From: Antedon mediterranea
Taxonomy: Eukaryota; Animalia; Echinodermata
Assembly (NCBI RefSeq): GCF_964355755.1
Contig: NC_092677.1
Span: 22,865,175-22,929,174, forward strand
DNA length: 64,000 nt
Reading direction: 5' to 3'
Position 1 is the stretch's first letter, and every line of letters starts with the position of its first letter. The notes under the pieces are model-generated. The model searched no databases. It was not told the origin of the DNA and saw only the letters and a list, made by a program, of their open reading frames with translations. Shown in pieces: positions 12,185 through 25,600 of the stretch. Both the position numbers and the translations under genes were made by a program.

Positions 12185-13600
12185 CTCCCATTTGATGCAA
12201 TGTGTTACCCAATCTGCTCAATTTGATTGTGCTACCCAAATCCATGCTATCCATTTGAAATAATTTGCTATCCATTTGAAAGAATGTGCTACCCGATAAT
12301 CCGTATAGAATAATGTACAGTACAATTACATATATTCATTTGATTGTGCTACCTAATGTGCTATCCATTTGAAATAATGTGCTATCCATTTGAAAGAATG
12401 TGCTATCCATTTGAAAGAATGTGCTACCCGATAATCCGTATAGAATAATGTACAGTACAGTACTATATCCATTTGATTGTGCTACCCAATGTGCTATCCA
12501 TTTGAAAGAATGTGCTATCCATTTGAAAGAATGTGCTACCCGATAATCCGTATAGAATAATGTACAGTACTATATCCATTTGATTGTGCTACCTAATGTG
12601 CTATCCATTTGAAAGAATGTGCTACCCGATAATCCTTATAGAATAAAGTACAGTACTATATCCATTTGACTGTTCTACCTAATGTGCTATCCATTTGAAA
12701 GAATGTGCTACCCGATAATCCGTAGGCTATAGAATAATGTACAGTACAATTATATCCATTTGATTGTGCTACCTAATGTGCTATCCATTTGAAAGAATGT
12801 GCTACCCGATAATCCGTAGGCTATAGAATAATGTACAGTACAATTATATCCATTTGATTGTGCTACCTAATGTGCTATCCATTTGAAATAATGTGCTACC
12901 CGATAATCCTTATAGAATAATGTACAGTACTATATCCATTTGATTGTGCTACCTAATGTGCTATCCATTTGAAATAATGTGCTATCCATTTGAAATTATG
13001 TGCTATTTGAAAGAATGTGCTACCCGATAATCCGTATAGAATAATGTACAGTACAATTACATCCATTTGATTGTGCTACCTAATGTGCTATCCATTTGAA
13101 ATAATGTGCTATCCATTTGAAATAATGTGCTATCCATTTGAAAGAATGTGCTATCCATTTGAAATAATTTGCTATCCATTTGAAATATTGTGCTACCCGA
13201 TAATCCTTATAGAATAATGTACAGTACTATATCTATTTGATTGTGCTACCCAATGTGCTATCCATTTGAAATAATGTGCTATCCATTTGAAATAATGTGC
13301 TATCCATTTGAAAGAATGTGCTATCCATTTGAAATAGGCCTAATGTGCTATCCATTTGAAAGAATGTGCTACCCGATAATCATAGAATAATGTACAGTAC
13401 TATATCCATTTGATTGTGCTACCTAATGTGCTATCCATTTGAAATAATGTGCTATCCATTTGAAAGAATGTGCTATCCATTTGAAAGAATGTGCTACCCG
13501 ATAATCCGTATAGAATGCACAGTACAGTTATATCATAGTTATATCCATTTGATTGAGCTATCTATTGTGCTATCCGTTTGAACTAATGTGCTGTCTGTTA
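12185..13600 (+). repeat. Compound minisatellite: 21-bp TGTGCTATCCATTTGAAAGAA units interleaved with a longer TGTGCTACCCGATAATCC...GTACAGTAC module
   Basis: Directly visible higher-order pattern with 1-4 short units between long modules and degenerate edges. Confidence 0.95.
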
Positions 13601-16432
13601 GAAATAATTCAGGTTTTTTTTTTAAATATGTTTTGCTATCCATTTTAAACGTGCTAAACAAGTTACATATTTGTTGATATAAATTTGCGGTACACCACGT
13701 AGGCCTATATTAGTTCTGAAAAGAACTGTTGAGTTGCTTGACGTTTTTCGATTTAGGCCTACTCCAAAGTCAAAGTCTCCAAAGCTATTCCATCATGCCG
13801 TATTCGGGGAATCGCCCACAAGTGTTTTCTCAGAGAAGGGTATGTTCTGTATGGGGTTCTGTATGCTATTTTTTAATAATGTACAAAAAATGAAATGAAA
13901 AATCATATTAATTATCGGTATGTACGGAGGAAGCTCGAACAAGACGAAGCGCGAAACAAATAAAAGCGCAGCGCGAAACATCTGAAATGATATACAATTT
14001 CTCAAAACATGAAAACACAGAATATATTATATTAATATAACTTTTTAATATTTCCAAAGGCTCGGACAAGGAAGAAGGGCCTTAAAAAACTGAATTGCTA
14101 TATGTTAGACCACATTTCCATAACTTTTCAAAACTCATCGAACCCTCTGCTAGTAGGCCTAATTAATATAGGAGCGTATCGCCAAATCATTAGAGAAAAA
14201 AAAACATGGCATGAAGATGTAATTAATCAAACAATGGCCAAAGAATACCAACAATTTTAATTTAGGTTTCGATTCGTAATTACTAATGTGGTGGACTAAG
14301 CCTAGTTTGAAACTATAGTGACCATTTATTTTAGAAAGAAAGATAGACAAATTTGTTCCATCTCCATGTTATTGTTAATACCATATACCAAGGCACTTTT
14401 CAATTAAAAATTCTGGCCTAGTATTCTTGCAAGGTCGTCGTCACAGCTCCAGTTACAAAGGTCGTCACAGCTCCAGTTACAAACGGTGATACAAAGTGTC
14501 AATCATTTGACCAGTGAACAGCCCACTGGTAGGATAGTCCTTGAAACCGTCCGTAAAACACATTAATCACTCACATCAGTCATGCCGCTAATGGTTGAAA
14601 ACCTCACTTTTTGGGGTTTTCAAACGTAACGCTATCCGGGGCTCCTGCGCCTAATGCTTATATCGCAAAGCTATCATTTTTTTTTTAATAAGGAGGTGAT
14701 CTGAAGTTTTTTTATATGCCAGCTAAAATCACTTTTAATTTTATTCGTATGGTTTATATTTATTATATTCATATAGAAACACATTATTTTTACAAAGCAC
14801 ACGCACTTTGGGACCTGTAAAATAAAAAAAATAAAAATTTAATCACTATTCATTTTGATCAAAATATTCAGACGGTAAAATAATATAACTTTAAATCTAT
14901 ACAAACGGCCAAAAAACTGTATTTCGCCCATTGCACAACTGATCTCTGGTTTAAATGGCCATAAGCCTAGTTCTCTGTGGCGTTCCATAGACTTAGTAAA
15001 GTTATTTTTTTCACTGTAATAATCTACAGTTACTTACAGCGACCGAAATGATTGGAGGCCGAAATGCACTGTGACCGTTTCTTTTTAATAGAAGTTCTAT
15101 TTATATTAGGGATATCATGATGTAGGCCTATATTCAAAAGCTATTATTACGGTTTTTAGTATATATTATTAAATATAACAATTAAAGAAATAATTATGAA
15201 AATCTGACTTATAGTTTCCAAAATATATAGTTTAAAACATTGCCGAAAATTATCATTTTTTAGCCAAAAACGACGTACTGGTAAACATGTTGCCTAGCAG
15301 CAGTTGTATGAACTATGCCATTTTTCGGTAAAATGATTACATAAAATCATGTTTGTTATATTTTGTGTATTAACATTGTAAAATTCAATAAAATATGTTA
15401 TATAACACCATCTTTGTGTACAAAAAAAAAAACGTTTCAGGGAGGAAAAAAAATATAGTGTACAAATATACTGTGAAATACAACAGCGCCACCTGTTGTC
15501 TTGCCTCTGTTTGTAAAATTCAATCAAATATGTTATATAACACCTAAATAAATTCCTGTCATTTGACTGACGATTGTGGGTCACATGGTGTGCAATAGTA
15601 CGCACTATTAAACGATCATTTAATAGTACTTTATAAACATTTTTGTGTACAAAAAAAAATGTTTCGCGGATGAAAAAAAATATAGTGTACAAATATACTG
15701 TGAAATACAACAGCGCCACCTGTTATCTTGCCTTGCAGCAGCAGATTTTTTTGTACGATTTGGAGATATATATGTACTAATTTCATTCAATAAGACATTT
15801 AAATTAGCTTTAGATCGTTTTTAGAATTTTGATTAATTAATGGGGACGTCCCTACAAGACGTGAAATCGTTGGAAAAAACATAGCCTGTATATGAGTTCC
15901 AGTTGCCTGTCGTCGAAGTTTCGTATTGCTGCAGCCTAGCTGGACCTAGTTGGCCTAGACCTGTTAGTATTAGGCTAGGCGTTTTAGCCTTGCTAGGCCT
16001 AGGATTGTTTGGTCGTTTGTTGACATAATTAACACTACAGTAGGTGCCTTTATAAAATCCATGTAAATAATAATAATATATTTAATATAATTATTAAAAA
16101 CCAAATGTTACTGTTTTAATCAATGTGAATCAAATGTAGACCTTGGCTGGCGCCTGGCCTACCTTTTATTTGATTCAAATGAAATGACAGGAATCTATTT
16201 AGATGTTATATAAAACAAATAATGAATGTTTGCTTGCACCTCGTTGAAATATAACCTTTCATCATTCACCTCATGCCATTATTTGTACCATTACACTCAT
16301 AAACATTCATTATTTGTATAATATTTTAAATGAATAGTAAACAAAAAATAATATTTATTTAAAATTGCAATACTTTATTAGTCCTGAGAGACAACGTGAC
16401 TTCTACGAATAATAAAAAAAATTAATATCACA

Positions 16433-16583
16433 TACGTACATGTTATTTAATACGTACGTGCCTGTTAATATCACTTACATACATAATAATAATGCGTGCG
16501 TACGTATTATTATTATGTACGTATTATTATTATGTGCGTACGTGATATTAACACGTACGTACGTATTAAATAACATGTACGTA
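16433..16583. repeat. ~150-bp foldback palindrome rich in TACGTA
   Basis: TACGTACATGTTATTTAATACGTACGT at the left end is mirrored by ACGTACGTATTAAATAACATGTACGTA at the right. The inner arms also pair. Confidence 0.85.
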
Positions 16584-16589
16584 CGTTCA

Positions 16590-18215
16590 AGGTAAGAAGT
16601 GCCTTCTTACCTTTGCTTGATGTTGAATTAACCAGAATTATGCGTCATCACACACATGAAATTGCAAAACAATCCGGTTTAGAAATTGATTGGAATGCCT
16701 ACCAAAAGATACGAAACACTGTGACCAATAAGATGTGCATTAAGAAAAGGGAATATTTCGAAACAAACAAAAATGACTCTTTCATGTGGAAGAGGTCCTT
16801 CCCAATAAACAAAAATCTATCCCAACAACAATCGTTTCCAATGATGGAATAAATGTTGAGGATTCTGTTGGTATCGCGGATATGCTGAATGAACATTTTT
16901 CCAAAGTGGGAGATCATATGTTAAATTGTGACGGCACAACATCAGAACCAAATTACATTGACTACAGTATGTCGCTTTCCGAACAGCGTATACTGCGTAC
17001 TATCCCAAAAGATTTCGTCCGAAAGCAAATACAATTAATTTCGGCTGGTAAATCAACTGGTCCGGAGGGCGTGAGTGTAAACATGCTTAAAATCACATCC
17101 TCGTATATGATTTCGCTTACTCACGTATTGAACTTCTGTATAACGTGTAGTCAATTTCCAGCAGATTGGAAACATGCATTAGTCACGCCCATTCACAAGG
17201 GAGGTGACAAATGTGATAGAAATAATTACAGGCCTATCTCAATTTTATCAATCATCTCAAATATATTAGAGAGATGGGTGCACTTTCTAAATGAAAATAA
17301 TATTATTCCACCCTATCAATCCGGATTCAGACAGCTACACTCAACGGAAACAATGTTAAACGATCTTACAAACGAATGTTTTCATACTATAGAACTAGGA
17401 GAAATGACTGGTACTGTTTTCGTAGATTTTAGCAAAGTTTTTGATTTGGTAAATCATGACATTTTGCTATATAAACTTAAAACAATGAATATGTCTGTCA
17501 TCAAATTGTCTTACCTAAGTGTTCGAAGTTCTGGAAATGTTGATTTAAAAAAATTAATAACCACAATCAATCTGAAATTAAAAGAAACTTGAATATTGCA
17601 CTAGAAGCTGTCAACGAGTAGGCCCGGCCAGAAACAAACTTCTAATAAATTTTAAAAAGACTAAATCTATGCTCATTGGATCCAAAAAGAAATTATCCAA
17701 TGTAGATTTTAATATCAATATTATTACTGTAATTGTTAGAGAAACACATGCCTAGGGGTAATAATTGATGAGACTTTAAGTTGATAGCCACATGTCGAAC
17801 ATGTCATGAAAACAGTTTCATATAAACTGGGAGAGTATACTTTGCTTGTGTATGAAAAGAGCAGCTAGATTAAATCTAAACTGCGATTTTCTTATCACAT
17901 TGATCATAAATGTTTTCAAAACTAAAATGGCTTCCTTTTTCCAAAAGAGTATTACAAAAAGCCACTCTCGTTTTCAACAGTTTGACACCCATAGGCGCAT
18001 GACACAAACCTATTTCAAACAAACACCACTTTCAAAAACTTGTGAAACAAGACAATCCACTGAAACTTAAGGTCCCTTTTGCAAAAAAGGAGAGTTCCCT
18101 CACAAGTTTTTGTGTTAGTGAACAAATATATGGAACAATTTGTCCGTTGATTTGAGAACCAAGACTTCTGTAAGGGTTTTCAAATCAAAATTGTTTGATG
18201 TATTTATTAATTAAG
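16590..18215 (+). mobile_element. Decayed CR1/L2-group LINE (RT fragment, catalytic core deleted)
   Basis: ORF 16786..17592 has WKHALVTPIHKGG, NYRPISIL, QSGFR and DFSKVFD motifs, then jumps to thumb-domain remnants with no PQG/YADD. Confidence 0.9.
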
Positions 18216-18389
18216 TAAGTCTCTGCTGAGTTTGTAACAATGTATAATAATCACATAATCACTTTTATTATTGCTTTTTTTTTATATCTTTGTTCTTTTT
18301 TTGTAAATGTTGTTGCTTAACCATACCTTGATGTTAAGGTGAATGTTAATAAATTTTGATCTGATCCAGCTAATAATTTAAACCCTTTG

Positions 18390-19612
18390 CAAAGTTTCAA
18401 TTTGAAATGTTATTTGGTTTTCGACCTATGTTAAATACGAGAAAATCGTTAAATCCCGCGTAAGTCACGTTGCGCAATTGTAAACGTCATGAAACGTTTC
18501 GCTTGACGACGTTACGTAAATGTCAATATGTTAAGATAGTTAACAAAATGTTATGTTTGCAAGTTTTACAGAAAAGCGTTACACAAAAATCATACAGAAA
18601 GAAAGAAGATAAAGACTAGACATGAAACTCGTCACTTTGACGAGTTAGTTATCCGCACGGTAAGTGCCACGTGCACTTCATACGTTGGAATATTGCACAC
18701 AGAAAAAGATTATGGCATTATGACCTGAACTGAAGAATATGATATGCTGTTATTGCTGAATTCTGTTATTTTGTGTCATATAGTATACACAGTATAATCT
18801 GTATACATATCACATACAGTGTAGAATAGGTGAAATTACGGGACCCGCTATTTATCCCAATTTTTAATATATTGACGGTTTCAAAATGAAACGCGAAGGT
18901 AGCAATTTCGGAAGGAAATTATCTCAGCAACAACATATAAACATGTAGAGTAAATTTGAATACGTGAAATATTGATGCGCGCTCTTTTAAATGTAATGAA
19001 CTATGACGCAAAAGATGAAAATATAACTTTTTAAGTCAAGTGGCCATGATGACGTCACAACATCCGATTGGCAAAATGTTAACATGATTTTGTATCTACA
19101 ATCCAATAGCTTCCAGAAAACATTTTAATCATGATTATCACGTTTTATTCTGACGAGCTATAACAGATTGAAATTTACTGTAAAGATGAAAATAAGTGAC
19201 CCAAGTTATTTTCATTTTTAGACGTGATGACGTCATAAAAATTTTAATATTTTTAACTCATGCAAAAGATAGTTGATTGACCTAGAAAATATAAAAATTG
19301 GGGTGAAAATGGAAAACAGATAAGTGGAGATGCGCTCTATTAAATGTGATGAGCTATATTTTATATTGGCGTGGCCATACGATGACGTCACAATGACCGG
19401 TTCGCCATATCAATGCATGATTCCATATCTACAACTTATCATCTTCCAGAATATGTGATAAAAATAACTTTCACCGTTTAGTTTAGAAACTACGACCGTT
19501 TAAAAAAAGGTATAATTTTGACAAATTTTTGAAATTTTTCATCAAAAACGCACGTAAATTATCCAATTCGACGTGCCTGTATGACGTAATTTTAAAAGTC
19601 GAAATTGTTTAA
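18390..19612 (+). mobile_element. Helentron/HINE-like non-autonomous repeat (3' part of one unit followed by 5' part of the next at ~18615)
   Basis: Clearly similar to 55453-57692. The unit head ACTAGACATGAAACTCGTCACTTTGACGAGTT contains a hairpin. Confidence 0.65.
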
Positions 19613-19628
19613 AAAAAATCAATCATAT

Positions 19629-22600
19629 TAGACCAGGAGCCCAGAGGGGTCAACCTAGCTGGAAAGTTAACCAATTTCTATGCATGTGGCAATTATCTAC
19701 ATACATATCAATGTATGGAAATGACCGTCTGGTGCGTTTCTTTTGGTGGGTGTGGCTAGGAGGGACATTGTAAAGGGGAAAAAAAATGAGCTAGATCAGC
19801 TGAAAAGTTCACCCCATGAAATATTTTGCAAATTGTTTGACATAGAATGAAATATAAGGAATGGCTATTGCCAGACGATTTTAGTGGTGGTGGTTGCCTG
19901 CCAGACCCCCATTTCTGGGGGCCCAAAAATGAGCTAAATCAGTTTAAAAGTTAACCCTCTAAAACTAGTGGGAAAATGTTCAATAAACTCATAACTATCA
20001 TGAATGACCATTGCCAGACATTTTCAGTGGTGGATTGTGCCCGCCAGACCCAGTCAAACATCCCCCCCCCCCCCCAAAAAAAAATTGAGCTAGATCAGCT
20101 GAAAAGTTAACCCCATGAAATATTTTGCAAATTGTTTGGCATAGAGTGAAATATAATGAATGGACATTGCCAGACGATTTTAGTGGGGGGGGGGGGGGGG
20201 TGCCTGCCAGACCCCCATTTCTGGAGGGCCAAAAATGAGCTAGATCAGCTTAAAAGTTAACCCTCTAAAACTGGTGGGAAAATGTTCAATGTACTCATAA
20301 CTATTATGAATGACCATTGCCAGACATTTTCAGTGGTGGATTGTGCCCGCCAGACCCCGTCAAACACCCCCACTCCCAAAAATGAGCTAGATCAGCTGAA
20401 AAGCTAACCTTTTAAAACATGCTGTAAAATGTTCAGCATGATCCCTAGTATAATAAATGACCATTGCCAGACATTTTAAGAGGTGGGTTGTGTCCACCAG
20501 GCCCCCCCCCCCCCTCAAACACCCCACCCCCAAAAATGACCCAGATTAGGCCAAGGGCTAACCACTGTAAAACTGGTGGGAAAATGTGTAGCATACTGTC
20601 AAGGATATGAATTGTCATTGCCAGACATTTTTATTTGCTCATTATAGAACCACCCCATCCATCCAACCCCCTACCTAATTCACAAATGTGCCACTATGGC
20701 CCATATAAGTTCAACATAGTGTAAAATAGGTATTCAGAACAGGACTTTTTTTTCTTTTTGTTGTGTGGAAAAAAGTAAATCAATTAGTCAATTGTTTATC
20801 TTTGCTGTCCAAGATGATGGGTTTATGCAGTTAAAGGACATATTTAGAAACTGACTTCTTCTATAATGGTTCCCTAGAGAATAATGTTGTTGATTATCAT
20901 CAACATTTCAAAACAAAGGCGATTTTATTAAATGCATTTTGATCATGATGGAGAGTGGTACATCTTTAAGCGAAGGTAAGTGTCCAGCTATGATTTTTTT
21001 TTTATTGTGTATCTTAACAGTAATACTAAACAAATACAATTAGGCCTAGGCTATGTATGGCTCATTGATAGATATTCCACAGCGTTCAGTGGCGTAACAG
21101 CATGAGCGCTCACTGGCCTATTGCTTAATATAAGGGGCCCAGTGAACAGCCCAATGCAACTATTAATTCAGGCGTTGATGACACATTTATGTTAATATTC
21201 ATGTTTTACTTGTTAGAAGTATACGATTGATTACCATTAGGAATGTTGTTTCCTAATTTCTAATATTGTGGTTAGGAAGTCAGTGCCATGTCATTAATTA
21301 AGCTTTAGGCAAGTCTAAGTATTATGCATATGTATTGGTTTAATTATATTGTTTGATATTAGGATACAGTGTAATTAAGAAAGACCTGGACAATGCTTTA
21401 TTAGGTTGTAAGCACTAGTAAAAGGGGTATGGTGTTACAGTTAACTAAAGTAGTGCAGTAATATAATATTAATTCACTAATTGTAGAGTTGTGTTTTGTT
21501 CAATGTTTATGACAGCCATAATGAATCTAGAAGAAAAGCAAACAGTATCAAAAGAGCGAGACACAGAAGTATATGTAAGGATAAATCAAGAAGAAACGCA
21601 TTCAGAAGAAACATCAATGACCTTGGAAAAGTCACAAAGTTGTGCAGAAAAAACGCATCCATGTACAACTACAGAAGAGCTAGGAGATAAAGAATTACAA
21701 CATAGTAAAACTCAAGAAAAAACCTCTGAAACTACAGAAGAACAGGATATAAGTGAAGCAGTTGGACCAGCAGCACCAAGTATTTTTACCTATATCTGTT
21801 AGTAAAGAGGTATAATGTGATCATTAATTGTAAATAGCCTATGTTTTTTCTCTTTGAAAATGTATTCTACATTCCATATTACTTTTATTTGTAGTTTAAT
21901 TTAAAGTTTGAGGTTTAAATTTAAATATGCTTGACTTGGGACATTACATTTCTTTCAGAACACTGACCATGTTTCAAAGTGCTACATTTGCCAAACGGTA
22001 ACGGCGGACAACGATTGTAAGTTAAGAGCATTCAGTGAAATGACATGGTCAACTGTAAAGAATGCTGCTGCATTACGTAAGAAAATGAAGTCTGACAAAT
22101 ATGCTGATACAACAAACAAGGTTTTTCTTATGAAACAACCTGAAAATTCAATCAGCTATCACTCTTTATGTCATAGGTATTACAAAACTGCTGTGAAACG
22201 TTCAAAAGAGCCTCCACCAAGTTCAGACGAACTGCTCCCTAAAAAGGCTTGTATTAAAACAAGACAAAGTAGTGTCCTTCAGAAATCAGATGAATGTGGC
22301 ATGTTAAAGGGAACTTGCATATTTGGTGGAAAAGGCCGAAAGAAAAAAAATGGGAAAGAAGAGAAAAGGCTTTAGATAGCAACTGTTTCTGGGTGCAAGT
22401 CACTTTCCCAGCGGGTAAAATTTTCAAAAAACCAACGTATCAATAGTCTAATTCGGTGTGGCGTTGATCTTATTGCAAAAGAAGCAGAATTTCACAAATC
22501 CTGCCGAGTTCAGTTTCTTCTAGAAACTGATAAACATGATGGTTCAACAGAAGAGCATTCATCTTATGGAAGTAACACATCTTATGGGAGTCACAAAAAG

Positions 22601-25600
22601 GCATTTTCATCCCTACTGAAACATATTGAATTAGAAGTATTGGGAAAACAACGAGCTATACTTGTCTCTGATTTGCTAAGCTTTTACAAAATCGAATTTG
22701 TCAATAATGGAGGAAATCAAACTGATATCCACTCATATTTGTCCCAAAATCTTACAAGGAAAATTAGAAAAATTTAAAGATGAAATCAAAGTAAAACTTG
22801 CAGACAGACGAAGAGGTAACTTCATATATAGTTCAGTTCTTCTAGGAGAAGAAGCCACTGCTCGACTTTATGATAATTCTGAACAATATGTACAGGATAA
22901 TAAGATAAAATGGGCTGCTCTTCATCTTAGATCTATAATCATGCAGCTCCCAAAGACAAAGACCCCAAATCCTGCTACAGTTCATAACTTAAAAGAATGT
23001 GCTGCCAAGATACCATCACAGTTAGAATTATTCTTTAGGAGTCTTCTTGGTGGCATTGACCAAAATGCCAATGATGCCAATGATGCAAACAAAGACAAGT
23101 TTGATAGAAAGGTTATTTCCATGGCATCTGATGCCATCTATAATGTATCTCGTGGAACTGTGAAACCATGAAAACACACTCTCGTTGGTTTAGGCTTTAC
23201 ATCTCTGACAGAATCAAAACTGGCTATGCAAATTTTGAGGTCAGGACATTGTATTAGCTATAATGAAAGCAAAGGCCTTGAGACTGAGTTTGCCTATTCA
23301 GTTCAAGATGATGAACTCGACGCCCCAGATGGTATCCGGCTTGACCCAACCTTGGCAACTGCATGGCAATGATCCGGACTATGGCTATTGCCAAGGAAGC
23401 TGGCCAAGACTATGCAGTTGTGACATATGATTTGGCAGTAGCATTAAAAGCTTACTCAATACAAACAATACAATCCCCCCTATTTGATAAGCTTTTAGTA
23501 TTACTGGGAAATTTTCACACAGAGTTGGCTTACGGAGCAGTTGGAACGTACATTAACGACAGCGGTATCGAATATATTCTCCAAGAAGCAGATATCTTGG
23601 CTGAGGGGTCAATGATGGGTTTCATCAAAGGAAAGTTTTACAACAGGTGCACTAGAATTCAACAATTGCTTGCCAATGTCTTGGAGCAAAAGTTGTATAA
23701 ACGCTTTCTTCAAGAAATAAATGCAGAAGATCATCACACATTTCAAGAAATAATGTCAACTGCACCTTTGGACCGATCATTGATTGAAGAACATATATCG
23801 GATCCTGTTGTGATTAATCACCTGCAGAAGTACGAGAATTACTTCCAGTCAGTGCTTACTGAAAATATAGGTTCAACAGCACAATTCTGGGCTATTTACA
23901 TTTTTCTTATGAATCGACTCCATAGAGAACTTCAGAGATGTATGAAAACAAATGATGTCACTGGCTACATTAATGTATTTCCAACCATATTATCTGTTTA
24001 CTTTGCCCTGAACCGAGAGACAGAATTATACCTAACTAGTGTGTTAACAAGAGGTAATAATAAAAGAGAAACATTTCAAAATGAGTGGGACAGCAATAAT
24101 AACAGATTTAATAAAGCGCACACGTGTATAGAATTTTGCTGCTCAAAACGTAAAGAAAAAATCTAAGCTATGTGCTTCACAGAAAGCTAAGTCCAATGCT
24201 GAGGGTTTGAGAGATATGTTTGTACGAATGGTTGTAGTTATTGCAGAGAAGACAGCATTTGATCTCCGAAATGTTCTATCGTACCCAATCACAACGTACC
24301 CACTTTCCCTTGCACACTGTGATGGATCACATGTTAAAACGCAAAAATCTGCATTGCTCAAGAAGCTGGAATCCTTACAGACAGATACAATCACAGATGC
24401 AGAATTATCAGGGTGTAACGTTCAGGTATATGATGGAGGTCTTCTCCTTCATTCTGTTCTTTCACAAACAAACATGGGAGCATCGTATGCCTCTATTGCA
24501 CGGACCATGCTATCAGTTGTATGTTCGGGAAGAGCTGCTGAAGTACATGTCTGTTTTGATAAGTATGTAAAGAACTCAATAAAAGACAGCGAAAGAAAGT
24601 TACGAGGTTCAGCTGACTCTACATACGTAATAACTGTTCCGGAGCAGACAATTAGACAAAGTGGGCAGAAGCTTCTTACTAATGGAGTATTTAAAAATGA
24701 ATTTTCAAAGTTTCTCCTTAAAGAGTGGAAGAAAGATCATTACTGTAATATTGTTGGGGGTAAGACCCTGGTTGCTTCATATGGTGGAGAATGCTTCCAG
24801 TATGTTTCTGACCAGCAACAAATGATGGTAGTCAGCCCTGCACACTTTCAAGGCGATCATGAAGAAGCTGATACCCTGGTTGCTTTCCACACTGCAAATA
24901 TCATATCAGATAATATCATTGTAAGGGCATCCGATACTGATGTTTTAGTTATACTAATCAGTGCTCTTGGAAGACAGCGAAAAGAAGTTTGGTGCAATGG
25001 CAACATCATCATGGATTGTGGTATGGGTAATAGTCGGCGATACATTAATGTTTCAAGCATTGTTGAAACTCTTGAAAGTTGTAAATCTGGACTTTCAATA
25101 GCACTACCAGGATATCATGCATTCACAGGATGTGACTTTACCTCAGCATTTTATAGGTATGAATACATTTCTTCTTAATTTTTTTAATAGACTATATTCA
25201 AATTTACTAATTTATTAATTTTACGGTATTGTTATTGTTGAAAAGGCAAAACTAAACCCCTAGAACTTTTAGAACACGATAAATCTGGAAAGGGTGATAG
25301 TTGTGTTGATATAGATATTGTATCAGAATTTGTCTGCCGCATCTATGGACAGAACACACGAGATGTGAACGAAGCACGCTACAATAAACTGGTACAAATG
25401 AATGGTAAAATTAATAAGGTATGTATTTTTTCGGTTGTATTTTATTGAAATAAAGACATTTTAAAATATGTAATAGTTTACACTCAGAAACCTAACTATT
25501 TGTTTGTATCTAGGACAATCCACTAGCAAATATCAAACGTGTTGACTGTGCATTGTTACCACCATGTAAACCAACCCTTCAAATGAAAGTCAAAAGGGCA

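Larger units (their letters stand above)
11189..14656. mobile_element. Nested non-coding TIR element with perfect 32-bp inverted repeats, superfamily unresolved
   Basis: CATTAGGCGCAGGAGCCCCGGATAGCGTTACG at 11189-11220 and its exact reverse complement at 14625-14656. Confidence 0.85.
10909..15076. mobile_element. Non-autonomous Mutator-like element (4.2 kb including nested inserts)
   Basis: Imperfect TIRs GGTGTCTGATCATTTCGGCCGCC... / ...GGAGGCCGAAATGCACTGTGACC and an exact 9-bp TSD GTTTCTTTT (10900-10908, 15077-15085). Confidence 0.85.

Noticed and set aside
990-13600. CRISPR-like appearance of the 21-bp arrays and the two-module satellite
   Set aside because: No unique spacers, no cas genes, eukaryotic context. 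These are tandem repeats.
15294-15730. 141-aa ORF and ~90-bp direct repeat (about 15413-15498 and 15643-15724)
   Set aside because: Low-complexity AT-rich frame produced by a local duplication, with no domain.
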